Origin: Myxococcota bacterium
GTDB taxonomy: Bacteria > Myxococcota_A > UBA796 > CAJQPC01
Assembly (NCBI GenBank): GCA_036012755.1
Contig: DASCPX010000014.1
Location: 32,001-96,000 of the forward strand
Direction of reading: 5' to 3'
Length of the DNA: 64,000 nt
The notes under the pieces are model-generated. The model made no database searches. It was not told the origin of the DNA and saw nothing but the letters and a program-made list of their open reading frames with translations. Shown piece by piece: positions 36,223-45,325 of the stretch; position 1 is the stretch's first letter, and the number at the start of each line of letters is the position of its first letter. The position numbers and the translations under genes were made by a program.

Positions 36223-37706
36223 TTCCGCCGCCTGGAGAGAAGGGCGAACCCGAGGAGTCCTGCCAGGCCGGCCAGCCCTGTCCCGGAAGAGGCCGCCAGC
36301 GTGCTGCATCCGGCCATCGGGATCAGGCCCCACTTCGGGTCGGGTGCGGGGCCGTACTCACAGCTCCCGGGGTCCGGGGCCCAGCCCTCTCCACAGATGG
36401 GGAACTGGTCCTCGAGGTAGGGCGCGTAGTCGATGAAGCGGATCTGGTCGTTGCTGTAGAGACCAGAGGTGTAGAGCACCAGGTCCTGGTCGACCGCCTC
36501 GGGCGTGTAGCGCATGTGGATGCGGCTCACGTAGAACTCGGGGGCGATGCCCCACCAGCCCGTGTCGTTGGACTGTTCCCGGTCGAGCCTGAAGCCCAGG
36601 GCCTCGATGGTCTCGTCGGGCAGGGGATCGTAGTCCTCGCCCGGGGCCTGGGTCGGCGCGCCGCTCGGGAAGAGCTCCGGCGCCGGGCAGGGGTCGCACT
36701 TGAAGGAGGTCGCGCCAGGCTGCATCCACGAAGGCGTCACGGCCCAGCCGTACTCGGCGACCCAGGTGAAGCCATCTGACTCTTCGAAGGCCAGGTCGAA
36801 CTGGTGGTTGTAGTAGTCCGCGAAGCTGTCCCACTCGTCGGTGCGCAGGAGGCACTCGTCATCGATGACGGCGCGAGGGTAGTTCGCGATGCCGACCTGG
36901 CCATCTTCGTAGGGCGTGACCGTGTAGACGATGAGGTCCTGCTCGCCGCCGGAGTTCAGCGTGCCGAGCCGGATGGGCAGGGAGAAGCCCTCTGACATGT
37001 AGGAGATCTGGATCGGGGAGAGGTTCGTCATGCCCGCCGGGACCGCCTCGAGGCTGACCTTCGCCGCGAGGAAGCTGGAGCCGCTGGCGATGTAGGAGCC
37101 GAGCACCTCTTCTGCGTGCTCTCCGACGGAGTAGCCGTTGGCGTCGAGCCAGGACATCAGGCCCTCGCCGTCATCTGCGGACACGAGCACGAACTCGTAC
37201 TCGCCAGCGGCGAACTCGGCCTCGACGGTGACGGCGGAGTCGGCCTCGTCCGAGGGAACCGCCGCGACGCTGCCGCCCATCCCCATGTCGGAGTTCGCCA
37301 TGGTGGAGTCCGAGCAGCCGCCGAGGGTCGCGAAGGGGAGCGCGAACAGCGGCGTGTGGCCCTTCGTCGACTTGGTCTCGATGCGCTCCCAGCCGCCGTA
37401 GTCCGCGCACTCGTACTGCACGAGGCGGGGGCCGCTGTAGACCTCGACCGTGCGGACGAGGTGGGTCTCGACGACCCGCACGTCCTCTGGCTGGAGGTCC
37501 GAGGGGACCGGGATCACGAAGGCGAAGTCGGAGAGCTCGCCCTCGTAGTCGTTGACCATCGTCAGGGTGGTCCGACCGTTCTGACGCGCGATGGCCAGCT
37601 GGCTCGCGCTGTTGGTGAGGTCGGCGCCTGCCTGGCCGATGTAGGTGCCGCAGAACGCTTCCGCTCTCGGCGACAGCGCCGCTAGGACGAGGGAGATACT
37701 CATCAT
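36219..37706 (-). CDS. DUF2330 domain protein with MYXO-CTERM-like anchor
   Basis: AEAFCG, LTMVNDYEG, FAFVIPVP, WLDANGY, LPIRLG, EYGW, CDPC; C-terminus AGCST...GFALLSRRRK. Confidence 0.85.
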   Translation of the reverse strand: MMSISLVLAALSPRAEAFCGTYIGQAGADLTNSASQLAIARQNGRTTLTMVNDYEGELSDFAFVIPVPSDLQPEDVRVVETHLVRTVEVYSGPRLVQYECADYGGWERIETKSTKGHTPLFALPFATLGGCSDSTMANSDMGMGGSVAAVPSDEADSAVTVEAEFAAGEYEFVLVSADDGEGLMSWLDANGYSVGEHAEEVLGSYIASGSSFLAAKVSLEAVPAGMTNLSPIQISYMSEGFSLPIRLGTLNSGGEQDLIVYTVTPYEDGQVGIANYPRAVIDDECLLRTDEWDSFADYYNHQFDLAFEESDGFTWVAEYGWAVTPSWMQPGATSFKCDPCPAPELFPSGAPTQAPGEDYDPLPDETIEALGFRLDREQSNDTGWWGIAPEFYVSRIHMRYTPEAVDQDLVLYTSGLYSNDQIRFIDYAPYLEDQFPICGEGWAPDPGSCEYGPAPDPKWGLIPMAGCSTLAASSGTGLAGLAGLLGFALLSRRRK

Positions 37707-37770
37707 TGGCTTCTCTGCCCAGCAGCCCTGACGCCCCCAACATACGTCTCCTTCGGCCGGTCTGTGACAG

Positions 37771-39912
37771 CTACCGGTTTGGACTGTACGGAAAGTGGCA
37801 GTCCCGACACTTCGACAGGGGCGGGATGCCCCGGCCGCGGCTGTCCCTCCGCAGGGCCGCGAGGTGTTCGTCGTCCTGCCAGATCCTCGACAGTCGGTCG
37901 TCCGTGACCTGGCCGACCCGGTTCTCGAGGCCGACATCCCAGGGACACAGCACGACCTTGCCGTCCCAGCTGACCGTCGGCGTCGCGAAGGCTCCCAAGC
38001 AGCTGCGTGGGTGCTCCTCGGAGCCGTCGTCAGCGCTCAGGCCCAGGACCTCGGCGACCTCGCGCAGGCGTCGCCTCGCCTCCGCGGTGGCCTGGAAGTG
38101 GTCGTGGTCGGTGCGCCGGAACCAGACGCCGTCGCCGGTCTCGGGCATGCGGCCGGCGCTGAGCTCGGGAGCCCTCAGCCGCTGGGTCCACTGCTCGACG
38201 AAGTAGTGGGGATCGAGCTCCTCGTCGACCACCCAGCTGGCGATGACCCGGGTCTGGGCTCCCCGGTGTCGCAGCAGCGCCTCCGCGTGGGCCACCGCCT
38301 CGTCCTCGAAGGGAGCCATGCCGTTTCCGTGGAGGATCCAGGTCTGCCTCTGCTCCGGGAACTCCCCGACCAGGGCGGCGATCTCGTCGCTGAGCAGGCG
38401 TCCGTCGGTGACGATGCGCAGCTCCTCGAAGACGCCGTCGCGGATGGAGCCCAGGACGAAGCGCAGGACGCGGACGAGCTCCGGGTGCAGCAGGGGCTCG
38501 CCGCGCCAGGAGAGCTGCAGGGTCGGAAAGACGAGGCGGCTCTTGCGGAGGTCCTCGACCACGGACTTCACGACCTCGAAGCCCATGAAGCCACGGCCGA
38601 AGTCGATGTAGCGGCGATCGCGGTACTCGAGCCACTTCTCGGGGCTCTGGAAGCAGTCCTCGACCGGGCGAGGTGAGCTGGCGACGAGCTCCTCGAAGCG
38701 CCTGCGGGTCGCCGGATCCCAGCTGGAAGCCCAGGGCGCGGTGTCGGAGAGCTCCAGGCGGAGCACGCCGCCTTCGACGCGGGTCCCCTTCTGCCGGCGG
38801 AGGCTGCCGAGTCGATCCTTGACGGCCCCTGCGGCGATGGACAGGGCCGCGCTCCCGATGGCCCCGGCGGAGTCGCTGTCCCGCCTCAGGTAGCAGTCCT
38901 GGATGCAAGGGGTGCGGCAGGACTTCACGACCTCGCGGCGTCGCCTCAGCCCCTCGCTGGCCCAGAGCTGCCTCAGGGTGTGGGTGCGGGCGCTGCCGAA
39001 GCCGCCGGCGAGGAAGTCGAGCTCCCCATCGCACATGATGGCGTCCCCGTTGGCGTTGATGTAGAGCTCCTTCCAGCCGCTCCAGCAGGGCGCCTCCAGC
39101 GGCTCGAGGGTGTCCCGGTAGTAGCTGACCACCAGGCGGAGATCGTCGAGGCTGTTGAGGATCCGGAAGCCAGCGCGCCCCTGCCTCGAGACCCGCTCCA
39201 CCAACTCCTCGACCAGCCCCTCGAGGGCGGGGATGTCCTCCTGTCGGATCCAGAGCCCCACGGCGTCCTCTGGGGCGTCCTCGCCGTGGCGGAAGAGGTT
39301 CAAGAGCTGCACGCCGTCGAAGCCCAGCCGCTCCTGCTCGGCGAGGAAGTCCGTCACCAGGGCGAGGTTTCGCCTGTGCACGATGGTGTTTGCCAGGATC
39401 TTCCGGCGCACGTTCCCAGCGGCTGCGTCGGCCTCGCGGATGTTCTGGTAGCCCCTGATGGCCCGGCGGTACATGCCCTCGCCGCGGATGCTGTCGTTGA
39501 CCGCCTCTGGCCCGTCGATGCTGATGTTGATGTGGAGGGCATGAGGCGGGATGCGGGCGATGGTCTCGGCCCGCCGCTTGTTGATGAGCGTGCCGTTGGT
39601 GGTGATCGTGATCGTGAAGTCCTTGTGGCAGGCGTACTCGAGCAGCTCCTCGAGGTCACCGCGCATGAAGAGCTCGCCGCCGAGGGGGTTGAAGACCTTC
39701 ACCCCCCACAGGGCCGCCTGGTCGATGAGCCCCTTGACCTCGGCGGTGGAGAGCTCGTCCGGCAGGTCGTAGCAGGTCGTGCACATGACGCAGGAGAGGT
39801 TGCACTGCAGCGTCAGGTTGACCGAGAGCCAGTCCGGGGGCGCCAGCGAGCGGTTCAGCGCTCGGGAGACGTACATGCGCGCGTTGCGCTCGACATCGGA
39901 GAGGCGATTCAC
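37771..39912 (-). CDS. Tandem radical SAM/SPASM protein: intact N-terminal module plus degenerate C-terminal module
   Basis: CNLSCVMC, GGE, TTNGT, ISIDG and a Cys-rich SPASM/twitch region. The second module has WRGEPLLHP and SPASM Cys but no CxxxCxxC. Confidence 0.85.
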   Translation of the reverse strand: MNRLSDVERNARMYVSRALNRSLAPPDWLSVNLTLQCNLSCVMCTTCYDLPDELSTAEVKGLIDQAALWGVKVFNPLGGELFMRGDLEELLEYACHKDFTITITTNGTLINKRRAETIARIPPHALHINISIDGPEAVNDSIRGEGMYRRAIRGYQNIREADAAAGNVRRKILANTIVHRRNLALVTDFLAEQERLGFDGVQLLNLFRHGEDAPEDAVGLWIRQEDIPALEGLVEELVERVSRQGRAGFRILNSLDDLRLVVSYYRDTLEPLEAPCWSGWKELYINANGDAIMCDGELDFLAGGFGSARTHTLRQLWASEGLRRRREVVKSCRTPCIQDCYLRRDSDSAGAIGSAALSIAAGAVKDRLGSLRRQKGTRVEGGVLRLELSDTAPWASSWDPATRRRFEELVASSPRPVEDCFQSPEKWLEYRDRRYIDFGRGFMGFEVVKSVVEDLRKSRLVFPTLQLSWRGEPLLHPELVRVLRFVLGSIRDGVFEELRIVTDGRLLSDEIAALVGEFPEQRQTWILHGNGMAPFEDEAVAHAEALLRHRGAQTRVIASWVVDEELDPHYFVEQWTQRLRAPELSAGRMPETGDGVWFRRTDHDHFQATAEARRRLREVAEVLGLSADDGSEEHPRSCLGAFATPTVSWDGKVVLCPWDVGLENRVGQVTDDRLSRIWQDDEHLAALRRDSRGRGIPPLSKCRDCHFPYSPNR

Positions 39913-39919
39913 GGCGCTG

Positions 39920-39925
39920 AGTCTA
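39920..39925 (-). promoter_or_regulatory. Putative -10 hexamer TAGACT, 7 nt before GTG 39912
   Basis: Recurrent motif. Confidence 0.4.
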
Positions 39926-39973
39926 GCCCGGCGCCCGTGCAGCGATTGCACAGCAGAGGTGCGGCCGGCGCGA

Positions 39974-40951
39974 CTACTCCAGGCAGTGCCCGTCGAGCCC
40001 GACGCCGAGGTAGTCCTCGATGACGTGCTCCTTGGCGTACATCAGCTCCTTGATGCGCTCTCCCTCGACCGAGAGCTTGGGCTCGTGGTCGGCCCACGAC
40101 AGGAAGAAGTGGGTGCGCAGCCAGAGATCCCTGACGACGTCCTGGAAGGGGGGCTCGGAGATGCGGGCGTAGACCGCCGGCTCCTCCTCCTTGGCCTCCT
40201 CGATGTAGAGCGCGATGAAGTACAAGAACGCAGTGGGACCGTCGACGGCGGAGGTGCCCCAGGGCATGTCCTCGGCGACCACGGTCAGCGCGCCCAGCCC
40301 GTTGACGTAGCAGTTGGTCTCGTCGAGCAGCTCCACCCAGCCGTAGGTGCCCTGCTGACCCGTCAAGTAGAGGTAGTAGAGCGAGGTGGCGTCTCCCTCG
40401 ACCCGGTCGTAGATGCGAGAGCGCGCGAAGCCGTCGTACCAGGGGGTCTGGGGCTTGAGGTCCCGCAGAAACCAGTAGCGGAAGTAGCCCCCGCTGCCGC
40501 CCAGGCTGTTCTCGTAGTCCCAGCCGTGCACCGTCTCGTGCACGACCGTGCCGAGGCTGTCGACGAAGACACCCCAGCTGCTCGTCTCGGTGAAGATGTC
40601 GATGTAGGGATCGTGCGACTGGGCATCGATGAGATGCGCCGCGGACTGGAAGCGTCGATCGAAGAGCTCCTCCAGCATCGAGCGGGCGTTGCCGGCCGAA
40701 AAACCGGCCTTCAGATCCGAGATGTCCGCCTGGGGCTCGAAGTGCTCGTCCCAGCAGTCGTCGTCGATCGGAACGTCCGTGTCGGTGTCCGGCTCGTCGG
40801 TGTCGTCGGTGTCGTCGGTCTCTGGCGTGCCAGTGTCGAATCCGTCCACGCCCCCGGTGTCTTCGGAGCGATCGGGCCGAGCAGGCGGACGAGGCCTCTC
40901 GATGGGGGCGAGGTTGGTCTCCGTGCAGGCGAGCAGGAGCAGTGTAGACAT
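39974..40951 (-). CDS. Putative lipoprotein with HExxH (zinc metallopeptidase-like) domain
   Basis: MSTLLLLAC, D/T-rich linker, VVHETVH and a downstream LLDETNCY. Confidence 0.7.
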   Translation of the reverse strand: MSTLLLLACTETNLAPIERPRPPARPDRSEDTGGVDGFDTGTPETDDTDDTDEPDTDTDVPIDDDCWDEHFEPQADISDLKAGFSAGNARSMLEELFDRRFQSAAHLIDAQSHDPYIDIFTETSSWGVFVDSLGTVVHETVHGWDYENSLGGSGGYFRYWFLRDLKPQTPWYDGFARSRIYDRVEGDATSLYYLYLTGQQGTYGWVELLDETNCYVNGLGALTVVAEDMPWGTSAVDGPTAFLYFIALYIEEAKEEEPAVYARISEPPFQDVVRDLWLRTHFFLSWADHEPKLSVEGERIKELMYAKEHVIEDYLGVGLDGHCLE

Positions 40952-41025
40952 GTGACTACATCGGCACCGTCCGCAGTGGAGCACAAGCGGTCTATGCTGG
41001 CCAGTCCAAAGGTACGGGAGTCGTC

Positions 41026-43344
41026 GTGGGCGGCAGTCTGAAGTGCTGGGGGTGTGGAGCGAACTTCGCGAAGGGTACCGGGAGCATCACCGGGACGAAG
41101 TGCCCCGCTTGCGTGCGGGCCGAGAAGGCCGACCAGGCAGCTCAACAGCGCGCCGACAGCGCCGATCGCGCCAGCCAGCACGCAGCGGATCGTGCTGAGG
41201 CCCAGGCATCGGCCCAGCGGGCAGCGGCGGCACAGGCCGAGTCCGAAGCCCAGGAGGCAGCGCGACGGGCCCAGGTCCACCAGGCCGAGGGCATGCGGCT
41301 GGCCGGGCTGATGGCCGGCTCCATGACCGCGACCGCGGCGGAGACCAAGGAGTGCCCCGAGTGCGCAGAGGACGTGAAGATCAAGGCCAGGAAGTGTCGC
41401 TTCTGTGGCCACGCCTTCGCGGACGCCGCCGCGGACATCGCCGCCGCGGAGGCCGACGCCCAGGCCGCCCAGGCCAAGGCGATGGGCGCTGGCCTGCAGA
41501 GCCTGTTCTCGGAGTCCAGCAGCTACCTGGGAGTTGCTCTCCGAGCCGGCCTGTCCAACGCCCCCGGCGCCCACGCCGACACGGGCGCCGCGCTCTGCAT
41601 CTCCTTCGGCGAAGCCCCCAACCGCGTCAAGCAGATGGGCATGGCTCGCGGGCTGATGTTCGACGAGTCGCTGGGCACCGAACTCGAGTCCAAGGTGGCC
41701 TCGCGCATGGAGGAGGTCGGCCGCTCGATCGACGCCGCGACCGTGGTCGTCAAGACCCGCCTGCAGGGCGGCATGGAGCAGATCGACCTCCAGCTGCGCT
41801 TCGAGTCGGCGCCGCTGGGCTGCTACGCCTTCGAGGGCGAGGTCGGAGACGACGACGTCATCCGCTACAAGACCGGGTACACGAAGAACACCTTCGGCCC
41901 GGTCACCGGCACCCTGGTCCGCACCAGCGGCTTCCTGCTGCTCTCGGGGCAGGTGCCCAGGACCTTCGAGTTCCTGGTCGCCCCCGGCACCCTGACCCTG
42001 ACCGCAGGGATGAAGCTGCGCTCCGGCGAAGCCTGGGGCAAACCAGGCACCTTCGAGCTCGCGCCCCACGACGTGCTCGTGCTCGACGTCGACTGGCTCA
42101 TGGAGAGGGGCCTGCTCAGCGAGAAGGTGGCTGGCTACCGGGTCCGTTCGGCGACCCGCCACGCCGGCAGCCGAGAGGCCCACGTCGGACGCTGGGGCAA
42201 GCGGCTCCAGGAGGGGATGGCGCTGGCCGCGGCGAGGGCTCACGGGGCCGGGAGCTTCTACAGCCGCGACAGCAGCATCCAGTGGCTGGAGGCATGGCAG
42301 CTGCAGGTGCCAGAGGACCACGACGAGGTCGAGCTCGGCGAGGGGGAGACAGTCGGCGCCGGAGAGATGAGCGAAGGCAGCTCTCCGAGTACCTCCGCCG
42401 ACGAGGGGCCGACCGGCGGGGACGGTGGCTCGATCGGCTCCGGCATTGCCAGCATGAAGAAGCGCGGCGCGCTGAAGAGCGAGCTCGGTGCCCTGAAGGT
42501 CCAGCTCAGGAGCGCCATCACAGAGACGGAGTCGGACGCGAGCCCGCTGTTCGCCGAGCTCGCCCAGACGACCGAGGGCCACGACGCTGACAACGCCGCG
42601 CACGAGCTGGTCTTGAAGAAGACCCTCGCCGTCGACTCCCAGTGGAAGGAGGCAGACGAGGCCGTCGCGGCAGCGACGCAGAGGGTCGAAGACAGCAAGA
42701 GGTCCCTGGTAGCGCTGGGCACCGAGCTCGGAGTCGCAGCGGTGGGCGCCTGGGAAGAAGGCCACATCGAGATGACCACCGAGATGCAGCCGCTGGCGGA
42801 GATCAAGGAAGAGTGCTCCCAGCTCCGCGATCGCTACCTGGAGCTCAACCACGCCTCTGGCTTCTTCGCGGTGGCGAAGGCCAAGGCCGAACAGCTGACG
42901 ATCCAGGCCAGGGTCAGCATGGCCGAGGGCAAGCTCAAGAGCGGGACCGGGGACGTCGGCCGCGAGCTCTTGGAGAACCTCCGCGAAGAGAGCGTCCGCT
43001 GCGACTCCACCTCAGAGGTCCTTGGCCGTGTGGGCGCGATCCGCCACGAGCTGGTCGATCTCGCAGAGGCCGTCGAGGCCGCGATCGCGAACAAAGAGGC
43101 CCAGGTCCCGGGGTGGGCCACGGAGCTCGGCTGCGAGGAGCTCGACGCTGCCAGCTTGCGCGCGGTGGTCGAAGGCGCGCAGGTAGAGAAGAAGCGCCTG
43201 GACGACCAGAGGCGGATCTGGCAGGAGACCGGCAGGCTCGAGGCCGTGCTGGCCGCTGAAGAAGGCCTCCCGCCCGACAACCACCCCGTCTGCGAGCTAT
43301 TGGCGAGGATCAGCGAGAAACAAGAAGAGCTGGAGACGACGTGA
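41026..43344 (+). CDS. Zinc-ribbon and coiled-coil protein (772 aa)
   Basis: CWGC..CPAC and CPEC..CRFC zinc ribbons, Ala/Gln-rich helix, globular middle, long C-terminal coiled coil. Confidence 0.78.
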   Translation: MGGSLKCWGCGANFAKGTGSITGTKCPACVRAEKADQAAQQRADSADRASQHAADRAEAQASAQRAAAAQAESEAQEAARRAQVHQAEGMRLAGLMAGSMTATAAETKECPECAEDVKIKARKCRFCGHAFADAAADIAAAEADAQAAQAKAMGAGLQSLFSESSSYLGVALRAGLSNAPGAHADTGAALCISFGEAPNRVKQMGMARGLMFDESLGTELESKVASRMEEVGRSIDAATVVVKTRLQGGMEQIDLQLRFESAPLGCYAFEGEVGDDDVIRYKTGYTKNTFGPVTGTLVRTSGFLLLSGQVPRTFEFLVAPGTLTLTAGMKLRSGEAWGKPGTFELAPHDVLVLDVDWLMERGLLSEKVAGYRVRSATRHAGSREAHVGRWGKRLQEGMALAAARAHGAGSFYSRDSSIQWLEAWQLQVPEDHDEVELGEGETVGAGEMSEGSSPSTSADEGPTGGDGGSIGSGIASMKKRGALKSELGALKVQLRSAITETESDASPLFAELAQTTEGHDADNAAHELVLKKTLAVDSQWKEADEAVAAATQRVEDSKRSLVALGTELGVAAVGAWEEGHIEMTTEMQPLAEIKEECSQLRDRYLELNHASGFFAVAKAKAEQLTIQARVSMAEGKLKSGTGDVGRELLENLREESVRCDSTSEVLGRVGAIRHELVDLAEAVEAAIANKEAQVPGWATELGCEELDAASLRAVVEGAQVEKKRLDDQRRIWQETGRLEAVLAAEEGLPPDNHPVCELLARISEKQEELETT

Positions 43345-43697
43345 TGGCGAACTTCTGTCAGACCTGTGGAGCCCAGGCCAGCGCAGGGCGCTTCTGCGCG
43401 AGCTGCGGGGCGCAGCTGACCGGAGGCCTCGCCCAGAAACAGGCCCCCGCTCCCGCTCCCGCTCCCGCTCAAGAGGTCATCGACCCCAACACCAGCGACG
43501 TGGACTGGACGGTCTGCCTGCTGCTGAACCTCTTCCTCGGCTTGCTCGGGGTCCACCGCTTCTACAGCGGCCACATCGTGATCGGCTTCATCCAGCTCAT
43601 GACCGGCGGCATGTGCGGGATCTGGACGATCGTGGACCTCATCCTGATCGTGTCCGGGACCTACACCGACGCCCAGGGGCGGCCGCTCAAGCGCTGA
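43344..43697 (+). CDS. TM2-domain protein with N-terminal zinc ribbon
   Basis: FCQTCG..FCASCG; LFLGLLGVHRFYSGH...GIWTIVDLILI...DAQG. Confidence 0.88.
   Translation: MANFCQTCGAQASAGRFCASCGAQLTGGLAQKQAPAPAPAPAQEVIDPNTSDVDWTVCLLLNLFLGLLGVHRFYSGHIVIGFIQLMTGGMCGIWTIVDLILIVSGTYTDAQGRPLKR
43446..43469 (+). repeat. (CCCGCT)4 encoding a Pro-Ala linker
   Basis: Read directly from the sequence. Confidence 0.8.
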
Positions 43698-43713
43698 GGA
43701 TCGCGACCTGGGC

Positions 43714-43719
43714 TAGGAT
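43714..43719 (+). promoter_or_regulatory. Putative -10 hexamer TAGGAT, 5 nt before GTG 43725
   Basis: Recurrent motif. Confidence 0.4.
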
Positions 43720-43724
43720 GTGGC

Positions 43725-45302
43725 GTGCGCGTCCTCGTCGTCTTTCACGGTTGGTTGCCCCGAGAAGACCGTCCCGGCAGCGGTGGCGCCATCCGCGCCT
43801 GGCACCACGGCGAGGCCCTCCGCGCAGCCGGTCACGAGGTGCTCTACGTCACCCGCGACCAGGACGTGGTCGAGGGCGGCCCGCCCAGCTTCGCCAACGC
43901 CTCCGAGCTGCGCCGCTACGCCACCGCCGTGCGCCCCGACCGCATCGTCTGCGTCCAGCCCGAGGAGGCCCCGGCGCTGGCGGGGATCGCGCCGCTGGTC
44001 GTCGACCTCTACGCCCCTCGCCTGCTCGAGTCCGCCTGGCAGGACGACACAGAGGACGCCGCTGTCGAGACCCTGCGCGCCATCGCCGCCGCGGACGAGT
44101 TCCTCTTCAGCAACCCCCGACAGCGCTGGTTCTACCTGGGTCTCCTCAGCCTGGCCGGCGTCGATCTGCGCCAGGCCAGCGGCCGAGTCGTGCCCCTGGT
44201 GGCTCCAGAGGGGCCGAAGCGCCGCATCCCCAAGCGGCCGGTGATCGTCATGGGCGGGGTGAGCTGGCCCTGGCAGGACCCGCGAGAGGCCCTGGCCCGA
44301 GCCCAGGCCCACCTGGAGAAGCGCAAAAAGGGCAAAATCGTCGTCTACGGCGGGCGCCCAGCGGTCGGGGACTGCGATGTCGTCGACCTCCCCGCCGAGG
44401 TCCCCCCCTCCAAGCGCCTGCAGTACGTGGGCAACCTCCCCTGGTCCGAGCTGCTGGAGGCCTACGCGACCGCCACCGCCGCCCTGGACGTGATGGCCCC
44501 GAACCCCGAGCGCGAGTTGGCCCTGGCCTTCCGTCACGTGGACTACCTGGGCTGTGGCCTGCCGGTGATCACCCGCGGCGACCACGCCTTGGAGCTGGGC
44601 GAGGCCGGCTGGCTCGTCGAGGACGACCTCGAAGCCGTGCTCGACGAGGTCCTCGACGACGAGAAGGCAGTGGCTCGTCGCTCGAAGGCCGCCCGCGCCC
44701 GAGCCAAGGACTTCGCCCGATCCTCGGCCGAAGCGCCGCTGGTGGCATGGGTGTCCGACGCCGCGCCCCGGGACCGCCACTCCACCCCCCTGCTCGACAC
44801 AGCGGACGCTCGAGCCCACATCGGCGAGCTGAGCGGCCTGCTCGGAGCCGAGCGCGCCCTGCGGGACAAGGCCGAAGCCGAGGTCGGCGAGAAGCGAGCC
44901 GAGAACACCCGGCTCTCCGAACAGATCGCCACCCTGACCGGAACGATCGAGCGCCTGACCCGGACCCTCGACGAGGTCGCGGGCTTCAAGCGCGAGGCCG
45001 TGCGTGTGCTCGGCGCCGACAACGCCGCGATCGGCGAAGAGGCCAGAGCGCTCAGTCGAGAGCTCGCCGATCTGCGGGCCGACCTCGCCAAGAAGGAGGT
45101 CGAGCTGCGGACCTCGCGACGGGAGCAGGACCGGCTCAACGACGCGGTCGGCCGGTTGAAGGACGAGACGGGCTACGCCGGAGAGCGGCTGCTCGAGGCC
45201 GGAAACCGCGAGGCGTCGCTCCGAGGCGATCGCGATGCCTGGAAGACACGCGCAGAGGCCGGCATGGTGGCTCGCATCCTGGGCCGCCTCCGCCGGGGCT
45301 GA
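43725..45302 (+). CDS. GT-B (GT4-like) glycosyltransferase with C-terminal coiled coil
   Basis: GGAIRAW, AGHEV, GGVSWPWQDP, DYLGCGLPVI, AGWLV; heptad-rich C-terminus. Confidence 0.75.
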   Translation: MRVLVVFHGWLPREDRPGSGGAIRAWHHGEALRAAGHEVLYVTRDQDVVEGGPPSFANASELRRYATAVRPDRIVCVQPEEAPALAGIAPLVVDLYAPRLLESAWQDDTEDAAVETLRAIAAADEFLFSNPRQRWFYLGLLSLAGVDLRQASGRVVPLVAPEGPKRRIPKRPVIVMGGVSWPWQDPREALARAQAHLEKRKKGKIVVYGGRPAVGDCDVVDLPAEVPPSKRLQYVGNLPWSELLEAYATATAALDVMAPNPERELALAFRHVDYLGCGLPVITRGDHALELGEAGWLVEDDLEAVLDEVLDDEKAVARRSKAARARAKDFARSSAEAPLVAWVSDAAPRDRHSTPLLDTADARAHIGELSGLLGAERALRDKAEAEVGEKRAENTRLSEQIATLTGTIERLTRTLDEVAGFKREAVRVLGADNAAIGEEARALSRELADLRADLAKKEVELRTSRREQDRLNDAVGRLKDETGYAGERLLEAGNREASLRGDRDAWKTRAEAGMVARILGRLRRG

Positions 45303-45325
45303 ACCATGCGCCCACAGCTCCTCCA

